A stretch of DNA of 64,000 bases from Chrysomallon squamiferum (taxonomy: Eukaryota; Animalia; Mollusca): assembly GCA_012295275.1 (NCBI GenBank), contig CM022673.1, positions 14,322,001 through 14,386,000 on the forward strand, written 5' to 3'. The notes under the pieces were generated by a model. It was not told the DNA's origin, searched no databases, and was given only the letters and a program-made list of their open reading frames with translations. Positions 1-14,910 of this stretch are shown piece by piece; the first letter of the stretch is position 1; every line of letters begins with the position of its first letter. A program made the position numbers and the translations under genes.

Positions 1-430
1 CGTATTATCACAACTGTTATGTGTGACTGCATTTATCAGTGCTTGTATAGTTTTGTGTCATCTTTTTATACGTGAGTACATATTATCGTTATAATTGTGC
101 GTGACGTCATATTATCATTAAGCGTGTTTTTATTATCATTATATTTATGCATGAATTCATTGCGCTTACGCGTGATTTCATATTATCATTACGTTCATAC
201 GTGATTTCATATTATCGTTATGTCATGCGTGAGCTCATATCATTTTAATTAAACTTATTTTCTCTATGTGCGACTATATGTATATCACTGTCATTTATAC
301 TGGTGTTTGTATAAACCATTATTTATATGCATGTGTTCATGACATCATGTATTCATTATATATATATGCATGTTTTTATGTTATTGTTTATTTGACGTCA
401 TATTATCATTAAATATGTTTCGTCGAAATA
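1..430. repeat. Degenerate ~28-bp minisatellite
   Basis: Recurring catattatc(a/g)tta...(g/a)cgtga. Confidence 0.6.
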
Positions 431-919
431 TTGATACTTACTAGTTTTTAATCAAATGTTTGTTTTAATCAATAATACTCGCTAACGTTTAATAATTCAG
501 AGATCGGTTATATCGGTATATCAGGTCTCTGCTTTTAGTTTTGTTCAGTTTTAAACAATTTAATTTATAAAAATGACTGATAGAAGCTATATTTACTGTA
601 TTTTATTTATTATTATTACTATTATTATTATTATTATTATTATTATTATGTCTAATCTTTGCTTATTCTCCACGTTAACCGCACTCGTGCACGTCAAATC
701 TTTTAATTATTACTTCCAACGTATTTTGAATTGTTCGTCAGTATCATGCCATTGTTGTATTTGTTATTTTCCCAAACTTAGCGACTAATGACGAGTTAAT
801 CTCGGTGTCAGACGACGATCATTTCTCACAATGAAAGATTTCATCTTGTCACTGTTCTGACCTTCACGTCCAGACTGAAGTAAGTAAGTGTGGTTAACAA
901 CAGGCATTGTTCCTTTACT

Positions 920-1285
920 GGAGTGTTCAAACACAGCTGTCGTCGTCATAACTGCAGCTATGCAGACAGTCTTGTATATATATATAGAGGAATTATTACT
1001 GTACGATATTTATCGATAGATAGGAGTCATTTTAGTACGATATTTATTAGTGTATTTATCTCAGTGTTAAAACTCAATTACGTCTATCTGGTTATAACTA
1101 CAACTATGCAGACAAATTTGTAGTAGATAGGAGACTATGTAGTACGACATATATCAATGTTTAACTCAGTATTAAAACTGAACTACGTCTGCCGTGGTAA
1201 TAACTACAACAACGATGACATCTTTGTAGCTGATAAGAGTCATTATAGCACGATATCTATTAAAGTATTAACTCAGTATAAGAAA
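920..1285. repeat. ~107-bp tandem repeat, ~3 copies
   Basis: taggagtcat / taggagacta / taagagtcat at 1021, 1129 and 1234 with colinear flanks. Confidence 0.75.
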
Positions 1286-2218
1286 TTTGTTGTTTTGACG
1301 GAATAACAACAAAATCATCTCCATATTCTACCCAACACCGCCTCTTTAAACGTTAACTATTAACAGGTGTCAATCAGCATACAAAATCCGTTACCACCCG
1401 CAGCGCCGCACATACCATTGTGTTTGGTAAACTTATAAATAATTCCAGCTAAGACGGATAGATCCTTTGACTTAAGGTTTTGATTATTAAATTACCGACA
1501 CGTTGTAACAGGTCGTAACACGCAGGGTAATAAACTTTAATGTAGGAGATAAAAAAAAAGCTTTACACCGGTTTATTATGATTACCATATTAAACACACG
1601 GCTGTGTAACAAGGGTTGATTTGTAATAAAGCAGACACGACAAAACACGTGACATGTATAATCTATATTTAATGTCAGCTGGATTTAGTGAAAACATTAA
1701 ATGAAGATCTTACTGTATAAATAAGAACAAATTTAATGTATTGTTTAAGTCTGAAGACGAGACTGGTTTTTGCAAGGATTTTTTTTTTTAATGGCTGTCT
1801 GTTCTTAAATATTTCAGTATTTACAGGTTTGTTTGTACCTCACAGCGAAGTGGTGATATGAAACCCTGCCCTGTCTCAGTTTTCTATATGACAACAACAC
1901 TAATTCTATTCCATGAAGTTATATAATATTCTAAAGTCAACACGCGACAGTGTCTACACATAATTATTAATTCCAGACACGTTTTACTATACAGTACGCT
2001 GAATTCTGTTTCATTATGATAAAATACAGCCGAAAAAAAAAAAAACACTGAAAAAGTCAAACAAAATAAAAAAAGAAAGAAGAAGAAAACGAAGAAATAA
2101 AACAACAAAAACCAACAAAGAGACTAAAACAAAACAAAAACAAACAAAAAAACAAATGGAAACAGGCAGAAGTAATTCTAGAACGGTTTATATTTTGCAG
2201 TTTTTTGTTTTACTACTG

Positions 2219-2261
<43 letters not shown>

Positions 2262-2314
2262 AACTACTACTACTATTATTACTATTATTGTTATTATTAT
2301 TATTATATTATTAT

Positions 2315-2346
<32 letters not shown>

Positions 2347-2829
2347 TTAGTATTTTTGATCTTATTCTTGTGTATTTATTTATTTTGTGTGCTTTATTTT
2401 GTTAGCCTATTAAAAACTGTTTCAGTTCTTTAAGTATTATTCGATTTTCCTATAAATCAACGACCTGATATCGCCGCAGTTTGATCACAAAGTTTACACC
2501 TGGGAGCCATTTTAAACATAAATTCTGCTGCGCCTTCTTTTTATTGAAAATGCTGAACAGAACATCGATAAAATGAACTAAGAATCTGTTTCTTTAATAC
2601 TTTGTCTTTGAACATTTCGTCTAGAATTTCATGTTTTATGGTGGTAGTAAAATTTGAAGAAATATATTAGCAAGTTAATATAAAATGAAAATAGCAACGT
2701 TTCTGTGAATTAATTTTATTTAGTAAAATCTAAATCTAGTGCAGTTAGGTGAAGAAACAAAAAGAAAAATTATAATAATATAGTTGTATGAGTGTATGAC
2801 AGAAATAGAGATATACACACCAGATGGGG

Positions 2830-2989
<160 letters not shown>

Positions 2990-3460
2990 GTGTGTGTTTG
3001 TGGAAGTTGCAACTAATTACAGAAAACAGATTTCATTAAATCCAAAGTCTACAAAATATTTTCTTTTAGTTAGGGTCAAATTATCAAGTCTGACTAAACT
3101 GAAGTCTAGGGGCCTATCATTCTCAAACGCTGATACCCGCAGCAGCGGAGTGACTGACGGATAAGCTGTTTTCTCATTCATGTAAATCAAAATGATTTTG
3201 TAAGCCAAAGAAAATTAAGTAACATTTGATTGCTCTATCTATAATTTATGACTTAAACCAGACACACAAGATTCGTTACGTACACATAATTTTATCAAGC
3301 TGATTTACAATGAACAGTAGTAACCTATATCAATATAATGTATACCGTTTACTATACCCGGCTAGAAGTGTCATGTTTCTGATATAAACACGTATTGTGC
3401 GATTTAAACGTCATTTGCAGGAAGATTTAGAGACTGTGTTTTGAAGGCACAGTGTAAATT

Positions 3461-4384
3461 TTAAAATGGATACCAACGACACGACTTCAAGTTGTCTCTT
3501 TTAACAAGCCTCTGGTTAATATTCAAATCTGTTATTTGTCTCATTTCTTCGTCTGTCAGTGTAAAGTCACAGACGTCAAAGTTTTCCTTGATGCGCGAAA
3601 CAGTGCAGGATTTGACCATCACTGCGCAGCCCCGCTGTAACGTCCACTGAATAACAACTTGAGCCGCGGTTTTCGAATGTTTCCTCGATATTCTTGTAAT
3701 GACGTCATCCTCAAGAATATTGAAAGTCTTTTCTCCTTGATAATTGGCTACGCCTTTGGTGAGTGGAGAATATGACGTCACAGAGATACCTTGGCGATGG
3801 CAGAATGTCATCAGCTGTGTGTTGGTCAGGTACGGACTCATTTCGATCTGCAGATTGGCGGGTTTGTACTTCAGATCGTCTGCCTCTAGAAGCCTGGTTA
3901 CTTGTTCTAAGTTAAAGTTGGATATTCCTATTGCACGTGCTTTTCCGCAGTCCACGAGTTTCTCCATCGCTCGCCAGGTGTCAAGATAATCAGTATCTTC
4001 AAACACAACACCACGTGGAGTTTTTCTGAGCGACAGTGGCCAGTGCATTAAGTACAAATCAACGTAACTCGTCTGAAGCTGTTCCAGCGACTCCCTCATG
4101 CCCACCGGTACCTCCTCTGGGTCGTGGAAGTAGTTGGCGAGTTTTGTAGTAATAAAAACATCTCCTCTGTCTATCACTCCATCTTCTATCTTCTCTTTAA
4201 GCGCACTCCCGACATCACCTTCACTTTCGTACACCCACGCAGTGTCGATATGACGATAACCGACGTCAACAGCAGACTTGACTGCGTCGTACATGCCTGG
4301 CAGACGATAGTTCCACGTGCCGAATCCCAACGCAGGCATCAAATGTCCGGAATTTAGTTTGATAGACGGAATCGAATTTGTCAT
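3461..4384 (-). CDS. Aldo-keto reductase (AKR1-like), 307 aa, single coding exon
   Basis: Full ORF with AKR motifs (MPALGFGTW, GYRHIDTA, LQTSYVDLYLMHWP, RAIGISNF, RIKENFDV). Catalytic tetrad D47/Y52/K81/H114 is intact. Confidence 0.95.
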   Translation of the reverse strand: MTNSIPSIKLNSGHLMPALGFGTWNYRLPGMYDAVKSAVDVGYRHIDTAWVYESEGDVGSALKEKIEDGVIDRGDVFITTKLANYFHDPEEVPVGMRESLEQLQTSYVDLYLMHWPLSLRKTPRGVVFEDTDYLDTWRAMEKLVDCGKARAIGISNFNLEQVTRLLEADDLKYKPANLQIEMSPYLTNTQLMTFCHRQGISVTSYSPLTKGVANYQGEKTFNILEDDVITRISRKHSKTAAQVVIQWTLQRGCAVMVKSCTVSRIKENFDVCDFTLTDEEMRQITDLNINQRLVKRDNLKSCRWYPF

Positions 4385-4399
4385 TTTATGGAAATTTTA

Positions 4400-5440
4400 C
4401 TGAAAATAATAAAATAAAATAAAATAAAATGATAAATAAATAAATAAATAAATAAATGATTGTTTAACAGCTGTTTCAAAGTTAATTCCCAAAGGTTATT
4501 AGATTTCAGTTATGTAATATTCTGTTATTTTTCTAGAAATGACTGAATTAGAGGCGCTTCCAGCTTCTGTACGCTATAAATTAATCTTACTGACAAATTA
4601 ATGCGTTGGAAAATATTAACTCTTTTGCTGCTTGTTGGAGATAACATTGATTGTCTCAGCAAAGTCTTCTAAGTCTACTGATCTAACAGTGAAGTGAGAC
4701 CAACCCAGTTGTGAAAAAGTCATAGTAAAACATTTCTGATAAATGAGCACAACAGCTATAGCTGATGTATAAGATGTAAACAGCTGTACTGTTTTTAAAA
4801 TAATTATGTTACAGGTTTCTAAAGGACAGACGTTAGAGTTAAGAATATTGCAAAACCTGCCATCTGTGGACAGTTTGTTACAGCTGACTGTTGAGTGAAA
4901 CATAAAATAATAAAATATGTAATATAAATACTCTGTTTAAATTAAAAATAATTTAAATATCAGTGTATATTTGAAGTACTGGTTAACATCACCACTAATG
5001 AAAATTGAATTGACGGAAGTCATCCTAACGATTTCGTAGTCCAAGGGAGACAACTAATGTTTACAAAAGACGAATGAAAACGCAAAAGAAAAATATAATT
5101 ACTAAAATAATCTATTCTATTTTCATAAACCTTTTGTGATAAATTTATTGATAAAATCATTTAAAATGAACTAAATAAACAAAACTTATTTGTTAATTCA
5201 AGTACTGATGAAAAAAGATATCACTTCATTTGCCGTTGTGTTACAAAAACGGTGATGATAAAAACTAATTCGGTTAGAACTAAATGAATACACGTGGGTG
5301 TGATTTCTGTGAATATAAACGAAACCATTTCTACATCATATCAAATACCGAGTCAAAAACAAACAATGAACATTTAAATATCTGTAATAAAAATGTAATA
5401 ATTCAATGCAAACGTAAAACAAAACACTGAAAATACTCAC
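4400..5440 (-). other. Probable 5'-UTR intron of the AKR gene
   Basis: Minus strand: donor CG|GTGAGT at 5440 and T-rich tract plus TTTTCAG acceptor at 4400, 15 nt before the ATG. A TATATAA-like sequence lies near 5537-5543. Confidence 0.5.
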
Positions 5441-5538
5441 CGAAAGTAACCGGTGATCTATCCTAAAACAGCCCTGTGACAGAAATATTTTAATCGAACT
5501 TGGAATGAATGAAATCTATAATAGTTGAAGAAACTTGT

Positions 5539-5589
<51 letters not shown>

Positions 5590-5662
5590 TTTGTTTGTTT
5601 CTAAAACACAAATTAATTCTAAGTCTAAATTTAAATTACAGTGAAGAATTCTGTATTAATAG

Positions 5663-5675
5663 CACGTGACGTGGA
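5663..5675. promoter_or_regulatory. Overlapping E-box (CACGTG) and TGACGTGGA (CRE/UPRE-like) motif upstream of AKR
   Basis: cacgtgacgtgga lies ~220 bp upstream of the putative UTR donor. Motif match only. Confidence 0.3.
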
Positions 5676-5955
5676 AACGACATATTTGATTTGAATGGCT
5701 ACAGCTGACAGATGCTGCTCCGTCTTTTCAGTCGATGTTAAAGTAACAAGCAGCATATAAATATTTTAGATATGGTTATTATTGCAGTTTTATTTTCACC
5801 TAAATACATATCCATTAATATTGTTTTCATATTTGATTAAATTATATCTTGAAAACTTGATTGTAAATAAATAAATAAATTGTGCACTGAAAAAGAGCCT
5901 GTATATATATGTCTGTGTAGCAATACTATCACCAACAGAAACAATAATAATAATA

Positions 5956-6032
<77 letters not shown>

Positions 6033-6105
6033 TCCATCTTTCTACTGACATCTCTCAGTTTGTTCGTATTAGCAAATGACGACTGATAATATGAAGCAAA
6101 ATATT

Positions 6106-6147
<42 letters not shown>

Positions 6148-6747
6148 TGCAGTAGTAGTAGTAGTAGTAATTATTTTTATTATTATTATTATAAAATTTG
6201 CTGATTTATCTTTTTTTAAAAAATATTATTTCATTTCTGCTCAAAAGAGATATATTAAAAGGCAAATAATAATAAGAGTTTTAATAACAACAACAACAAT
6301 AAATAACAAAACAAAAACAGAAAGAAGAAAAACGAAAAAAGAAAGAAAAAGGGCAAAAATCATTACTATTCGCTAAGATCTGATGAACAGAAAATTAATT
6401 TCACTGATATTTATTTCTCTATTTCTTCTTCTTCAAATTCTTTTTTTTTTTTTTTTTTTTTTTTTTTCCCCGTTTACTGATTCCAGCTTCTTTATAACAG
6501 TTAATAAAAGTTTGAAGAAAAATGTTTTTTGTGTGATAATTTTGTGTAATAAATAAACAGTTTGTTAATAGTGAAGTCCAGAGAGGAAGGAGGACATTTG
6601 TATTTATTAAAACTGTCAGGCTTGAGACAGGATAATTAAAGTGTAAGAAATATTGCTCAGAATCGCAGCATCCCACACAACACCAGACTCTAATACAGAC
6701 AAGCGTGCTTGTCATTAGACACAAATTGATTATTTGTCGTTCCCGTC

Positions 6748-6795
<48 letters not shown>

Positions 6796-6871
6796 TCGGA
6801 TTTGGTTTATAAAAAGGTAGTACTTTCCTACCTGTGAGAAAATATATATTTAAAAATCCTTTGCTGTTGAG

Positions 6872-6958
<87 letters not shown>

Positions 6959-8922
6959 GAGGAGGGGTTGGCCTATGAACCTATTGTATTTTTCTTATTT
7001 ACTTCAAAATTTTAAGAATGTTGATAATATAACATAAGTAAAGATAAAAATTGTTCTTTCGTTCAATCTACGTTCACGTACACCCATATCCCCATATCAG
7101 ACGCTGGCAGGCACACACACTGGTATTTAAACGATCAGATTGTACTGAATGAACAAATTTAGAACACCCGGAATAAAATGTGATGTTTCTCAGAGAAAGC
7201 CAAATCGAGCAGAGACATTTGTAATTAAGCTGCGATGTGTAAGTAAATGTTTTATGACGACAGTTTCAATATGTCTGCTGGCAAAGTGAGCAAATCCCAT
7301 GCGAGTTCATTTCAGTTATAATCACCGAGTTAATTATTATAGATCTTCTTCTTGACAATCATATATTTTGGTATATGACATATAGGCCCTGGTCAAGTAT
7401 AAATCTCATCTTCTCCGTGTTGGCGTTCACTGATGTAAGTTATATAAACCCTCATCGAGCATTCATCTTTCGTTTTCTGTAATGCCTTAATATTATTGCC
7501 CTGGTAGAGTACTTTCATCATTTTTGTTTTCTGATATTATGTTCTCATATAATTCTGCCACCATAAATATAAACGTTATTTTCTGGTGTAACTGTATTCG
7601 AGTATAACTCATTTTGTCTCGTTTGTGTTAGACTGGCCCTGGTCGAGGTTAAATGCCATTCTTATGCATTTTTGAGTATACAAATTTTGGATCATGTCGG
7701 ATTAGTTAAATATGGCCACATTTTGAAAGTAGACAATGAACTGTATTATCGTTATTGTTGTTTTTATTGTTATTGTGGTTGTTGTGGTTGCTGCTATTGC
7801 TGCTGGAGCTGTTGATGGTTGTGGTTTAGAACGTTATAAGTTCATTTTTTTATTTTAATAAATAAATGGTATGATCTCTTGGTTTTTGAGTTGAAAAAGG
7901 TGACGTCAGTTGTGACGGAGTTATCTGTTTCCGTTAAACGTTTCACTGCATCACAACACAGATAGCGTGTTGGACATTTTATTGTCTCCAAACAACAAAA
8001 AAAAATAATTGTTATTACCATTAATCGGCAATAAAAACGACTCGGTAATAATGTAGCTGCATCTACCTGATCCCGATGGAATATTCTGGAAGCTTCACTC
8101 TGGTGAACACATAAACACGCTGAACATAACTACATAGATTGTATGATATACAGTCACGTGACGGCAAGCTGTGGCTACATTTTCCCCAGGGACACCTTTT
8201 TCAGTTATTAGACTCTCGCTCTCTTTCTCTCTGTGAATCTGTGTGAACAATTACCAAACTCATTCCGCGAGTTCGCTGCATTTCACATACATAAATATCA
8301 ACTACATGACGTCATAATTCTATTTTGCTTGTGTTTGTCTGGGAGGTGCTAAAACCTGATGCATCATTCATGTGAACGTTATTCAATAATTTTTAAGTCG
8401 GAGGCAGCAGAAGTAAATATTCCATTCCACCGAAGCTTAAAATTTAATAAGAGCAGTGAATAACGTCCTCAAATAGAAACTGAACAGAACTGAGAAAAGT
8501 TTATTCATACAAGTCAGTCAACCAAGTGAAAACGTAACTTTCTTCCACTGAACATTCCAACACGTCTCAGTATGCAAGTCTATGACGCCTGTCAAACACG
8601 ATGTTAGTTTGTTAGTTTGTTAAAGAGAAGTGAACATTTGGTCGTTTCATTTAGTTCCAGTTAGCCACATTGTAATAGTGTATATTGTAAACGCAGATAT
8701 GATTATAGCAGACTGTAATTGGATGTTGGGCCAGTTTCTTTTCTCACCAAAGCTAAAAAGCTAATAACGTCAGTTATAACTTTGAGTCAGTTTTCTCGTT
8801 CCAGCTGTGGTGAAATTGATCCTCCTCGCTCGTTAATATGTATATATGTATGCATAGTATGTTGTTTATGTGTACATTCGTGTGTATATGTGCATCAGGG
8901 TATGCGTACGTGTGTGTGTGTA

Positions 8923-8983
<61 letters not shown>

Positions 8984-9425
8984 TTTATTGTTGTTGTTGT
9001 TTGCTTCTCGGAGTGAATATTATTTTTGTTTCAGAGTGAATATTTGTGAGTGTGTATGGGTTTTTGTGAGAGGGTGTATATATATATTTCTGTAAAACAG
9101 GTATGTGAGTGCACAATGTCCGCAACGTGAGATATCGAGAATTAACTTCATCTATCAGTTTTATATTAAAAACATTCATTAAGAAGATACATTTTCATAC
9201 TAGGAAATAAATGTTTCTCTGACATGTTGGTGCAAAACTACTCTTGCTAGGAAAACGTGGATCATGATTGATTTTATTTTGTTTTAGACAAATTTCCTAA
9301 TTAGATCTCATTAAAATAAGTTTATTAATTAAAAACAGATGAAGTGATTATTTTTTTATTATTATTTATTTATTTTTTATTTAATTATCTATCTATTTTT
9401 TTATTTTTTTATTAATTATTATTTG

Positions 9426-9478
<53 letters not shown>

Positions 9479-10412
9479 TCAAACAAAACTTCTCCTTCTT
9501 TTCTTCTTTCTGATTATCAAGTTTGTATCACAGTTCTACATTTCCTTTTGCCTGTCTGTGAAATCTTTCAGAGTTCCGAGTGCTCGTGCACGGAAAGCCT
9601 GCATGCTAATTTTTGCATGCACACACTGTGTTCATTTTCGTCAAACATCTGTCAGTCCGTTCTTCGGTCTGTTTGTTTGTCCGTTCACCAGATGAATACT
9701 TCTGCCTGAATACAGTCGACTGCACAAGACGTGCGTGTTCATTTCGCTGATAACAACTTAACTTTCACCTGTCTGTCTGACTGTCTGTCCTTTCGCTTGT
9801 TAGTGTGTCCGACTCTGAAGATACGTATTCTGTTTCTGCGTGCACACACCACCGCCGACTGTCTGTTTGACGTGCAGGTTCGTCAAACGAGATAACGATT
9901 TATTTGTTTTTCAGTCACTCGTTTGCATGATTTAGTCTCACGGTTCATTTGCCGTCTTATAACGAAGTAGCAGCTTCCTGAGTTTTAGTGAAATTTTAAT
10001 AAAAGCGACAATTACGCTCTGTTAGTTTAATCGATTCTGCTAGGAGTTCAGTCTTGTTCAGTCCTGTTACGACATTACGTGAACTGTTAACATCTCAGTT
10101 CACGATGCCGACTTAATGGATACGAAGGTTACACCGACACACTGTCAACGCTAACTGATTTTAATGTGACAGCATCCCTATAAAGCTAACCATTACATGA
10201 CATTATTTCTGGTTAATGTAGATAACTGAGTTTGTCTAATGTGTTAATTTCAGTATCATGTTTAAAATTAATTCAGTTTGGTTGATGTATTGGTTTCTGT
10301 ATCGTGTTTAAAATTAATTCAGTTTGGTTAATGTACTAAGTGATTTACTTGGCTGAAACTTTAAAAGAGGTGACACGTATAACTGACTGACTTGTGAAGA
10401 ATTTAGTTTACA

Positions 10413-10443
<31 letters not shown>

Positions 10444-10643
10444 CAATTTCATACTTTTCACTAACTTATTTATTTGTTTGTTTGTTCGTGTCTTTGTTTG
10501 TTTTATGTTTATTTGTTTGCTTGGTTGCTTTGTTTATATATATTATTTATTTTATTTTTTTGTTTTCATGTATTTGATTATTTTTTATTTTCTGTTTGTT
10601 TGTTGTTGTTATTTGTATGTTTATTGGTTTGTTTATTTCCTTG

Positions 10644-10709
<66 letters not shown>

Positions 10710-11169
10710 ATTATTTTGTGTTTATTTGGTTATTTATTTTATTGTTTGTTTGGTTGGTTGTCTCTTTTGTTTGTTTATTTATTTATTTATTTTGTTGTTG
10801 TTGTTGTGGTTTGATTGTCTCTCTCTTTGTTTAATAGTTTTTTTCGTATATTCATTCGTTTGTTTACAGGACTGGCAGACTGTTTTTTCACATACCTGTC
10901 AGCTGTTGCATGGTTAAAACCTGAGAGTTTATACATTAATAAAGAGACTACATCGTGTTTTTCTGTGTAAGCTAACGCGCGTTGTCTCTTTGTATGTTTA
11001 TTTATTTATGGAGTTGCTCTTTTCATGGAGTCAGCGTATTTTCCAAATCATGATTACGTGCATAATTAACAGAAAATGTCTTTAATTCATAACACTGGGT
11101 GTTGTTTTTCTTCTCCTAGTTTTAAATATTATTATTCATTTCGTCATTTTGTTTCTCTTTCTCTCTTTC

Positions 11170-11247
<78 letters not shown>

Positions 11248-11955
11248 TTCTTTGTGACTGTATAGACGTTTCTTTTATTCCTTTCTGTTTAATTTTCTTT
11301 GTTTGTCCCTCGTTCTCTATCTATAAAGCCTATTTCCCTGTCTATCAGTCTTCTGTGTGTCTATAAACTCACAGTATGCCTGCCTGATTATCTCTCTTTT
11401 TTTTCCCCCTCTCCATTCTCTCTCTTTATCTTTCTCTTTCTCTCTGTCGCTCTGTCTTTCTTTCTCTCTGTCGGTCCGTCTCTTTTTCTTTCTCTCTCTC
11501 TCTGTCTGTCTGTCTCTCTTTCTTTTTCTCTTTCTCTCAACCTGTCTGTCTCGGTTTTTCTCTCTGTGTCTCTCTCTCTGTCTGTCTGTCTGTCTCACTC
11601 GTCACACACATAAAGAAATATTTGTAATTATTTTGTATTTTAATATCGAGGTATTATTTGCCAGACATTCAGAAATATTACAATATATTCAGTATTGAAT
11701 TACGCTTTCCAGGCTGCTTTTTCCAGAAATTAATTAAAATTGATTTTCTTCTCATTTGATTGTATCCATGAGTGAAAACGTAGAACTCTGCAAAGCAAGA
11801 TATCACTGCTTCTTTATTCTCTTTTTTATTATTATTTCTAGATTTAGACCGCATTCTTTCTCATCCGATTTCGCTCAGGGGTGGGGTACGTGATGTTTTG
11901 AACGTGAACTGAAGAAATATTTTCAAGTGCTGTAAATATAATGAGATAATTATTA

Positions 11956-11986
<31 letters not shown>

Positions 11987-12849
11987 GTATTAAAAAAAAA
12001 AAATTATTTTTTTTATTTATATGTATGTTTGTTTGTTCGTTTATTTACTTATATTAGTATGGCTAATTAGATATGTTAATTAAAAAGTTTGGTTTTGGTT
12101 ATTATTTTGTCGTATTTTATACATTTATAATGTAAAGTAGAATATATGGGAATATGTGTTTGTCTATGGTTATGTGTGTTTATTATGTCTATGTATGCGT
12201 ATTTTGTTATGTATGTGTTATGTCTTGTGTGTGTGTATGTATATATGTGTGTATATTTGTATGTGTGTGTACATTTATTTATTTATTTATTTATTTTATT
12301 TTATTTGTTTATTTCTTACTAGTCCTCAATTTATCATGAATTATTTGAATAAATAAATGTGTATTTTGTTTATGTAATTTATACTGATAATACTGGCCAT
12401 AAATATCATTTTTAAAATGACGTGACATGAACACCCAAAATAAATATATAAAATAAATAAATAAATAAATATTAACACCTAATATATATCTGATATACTG
12501 AGCTGTTGTTTTCGATTTTAATATACATACATACGTTTCTGTTATTATAGTTACGCAAAAAAAAAAAAAAAAAAAAAAAAACAAAAGTAAACTGTAATAA
12601 TCGTCTGTTTTAAGGCATATTTTATTATTAACAAAGATTTCGTGCAGTAAAATTCAAAATTATTACTTGGGAATATACAACATATTTAAGCTGTTATTCA
12701 CTTCATCATAGCTACGTTTTAGCAACACGAAGTCTGACATTTGCAATAGAGAATCGTACATCTCGAGCAAATTGAGCGGATTTTGACTGATCGTTCACAA
12801 ACACTCCATAACCAATGTTTACACAGACGTAACATTTCGATGTGCGATA

Positions 12850-13104
12850 AATTACTGTCATTTTGTACAAAGACTCGATAGATATAACTGTCCGTTTGTA
12901 CAAAGACTAGACAGAGATAACTGTCCGTTTGTACAAAGACTAGATAGAGATAACTGTCCGTTTGTACAAAGACTAGATAGAGATAACTGTCCGTTTGTAC
13001 AAAGACTAGATAGAGATAACTACGTTTGTTCGGATTCTAGATACTGATAACTCCGTTTGTACAAAAACTAGATACAGATAACTGCCGATTTCTATAAAGA
13101 CTAG
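12850..13104. repeat. 33-bp minisatellite, ~7 copies
   Basis: Unit tttgtacaaagactagatagagataactgtccg. Confidence 0.92.
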
Positions 13105-13850
13105 AATATTACATTTGTTTTGTCAGTTTGTGTTATTAGTAAGATGTAATTTACATTATTCACTTAGTCATTTCATATTCCACTCAGTTGTCCAGAAATG
13201 TTTTTTTTCCAGTTCCAAACACTGTTCACTAGATTCAGCACGTTGTTAAACTAAATTACAAAAATCTAAAATTCGCACCTAACATTGCTCACTGTTGACA
13301 TGATGTTAAATATTAATTTGTTCAACACAGCCAGGTCGTTGTTGTAGTTCTCACGTGATAACGTAGTACACATTGAAAGAATTGTCTGGCACGTTTTAGC
13401 TTTGGGGAGTATAGAAAATCACTTTAAGCTGAAAAGTGTTATTAAAAATTAATCTAAACAACAGGAACAAGAGAAGAAGAAGTAAAAAAGTGAATCTGAA
13501 ATTCTATCTCCCTATCAAATGGCTAGATTAAAACATTCACATGAGTAATGTAATTCACTGGAAATTAAAAAAACAACAACAAAAAAACATGATAGATTTA
13601 CTTAATTTTTTTTTTTTTTTTTTTATCGATGTCATTAGAGTATTGTAAAGGAAACTTTCTGCCGACACAGAGCTGTCGTTCTTTTATCTAAAAGAAAAAG
13701 GTTTCACTGAAGATTATGAAAGTATATTTTCGTCTTTGAATATTAAGTCACAAGTGAAACCCTTCATCACTGAGTACTGACATAACAGGCGAGCTTTACT
13801 TTACTGAATTACACAAACTGCAGAGGGCGCTCTCATGACAATGAAGAGCT

Positions 13851-14008
13851 TAAGTCAAACTCATCTGCGCAGTGCATTCACTCGTAAGTCAAACTCATCT
13901 GCGCAGTGCATTCACTCGTAAGTCAAACTCATCTGCGCAGTGCATTCACTCGTAAGAGAACTATTCTGCGCAGTGCATTCACTCGTAAGTCAAACTATTC
14001 TGCACAGT
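13851..14008. repeat. 34-bp minisatellite, ~4.5 copies
   Basis: Unit taagtcaaactcatctgcgcagtgcattcactcg. Confidence 0.92.
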
Positions 14009-14580
14009 CTGCTGTGGCATTAGGCGAGCTCTCCTCCGTTGCAGCGTTCTGAGGCATGAGGAGAGTTCTTTATCGCCGAGCAGTGAAGCATAAGGCGAGC
14101 TATATCCGCTTGTCATTTTCTAGATTAGATTCAATCTTGTTCCCCCCGACTCATACTTCGCACGTTCTTAACTTTCTCCATCGACCTGCTCGCTAGATTC
14201 CCTGCGTTGAGACGTTGCCAGCAGTTTTTGATAATCATTTCCCTCTGGCCGAATTGCATGCACCACAAGTGATAATTTTTTCAAATTAGTCGGACGTTTT
14301 CAAAGCGAGTTTTACACAGAGGAAATCTCACAGAGTAAATGCGCCGCGAAGTGGAGCGTCCAGGGAACCCGCTAACACCGAAACTTATGAATAATGGCTT
14401 GATTTGTCGTGTGGCCCAGTCCACGTCAGCACGTGACTCCTGGCCAGCGATCAAGACGTTAGCGGAGAAATGAGCTGCATGAAATTTTATTGCGTTTGAC
14501 CGCGACGTCGCTGCTTTTATACTCATCACAGACTCAGTGATACGTTTATACACAGCGATGATTACTTCTACGTTCTCTCT

Positions 14581-14910
14581 GTGTGTGTCTGTTTGTCTGT
14601 GTACGTACTGTGTGTGTGTGTTTGTATGTATGTATCTATGTACAGTGTGTGTGTGTTTAAGAATGTATGTATCTATGTGTATCTATGTATGTATGTAGGT
14701 ATGTGTGTGTGTATATGTGCGTGTATGTATGTATGTGCGTGTGTGCATGCATATATGTTCAGTGTATGTGTATGTATGTGTGTGTGTGTATGTATATATG
14801 TATGTGTGTATGTGTGTATGTGTGTATGTATGTATGTATGTATGTGTATTTGTGTGCATATGTGTATGTACAGTGTGTGTGTTTGTATGTATGTTGGTAT
14901 GTATGCACGT
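14581..14910. repeat. Degenerate (GT/GTAT)n tract
   Basis: Purine-pyrimidine low-complexity run; the complementary AC-rich type lies at 16735-17000. Confidence 0.85.

Noticed and set aside
3744-4357. Plus-strand ORFs overlapping AKR (likewise those overlapping tubulin, ACAA1 and the membrane protein)
   Set aside because: Antisense or alternative-frame shadows of real coding sequence.
3461-4384. Bacterial horizontal transfer as the reason AKR lacks introns
   Set aside because: Motifs and the C-terminal YPF ending look like animal AKR1-type enzymes; there is no positive evidence for a bacterial origin without a phylogeny.
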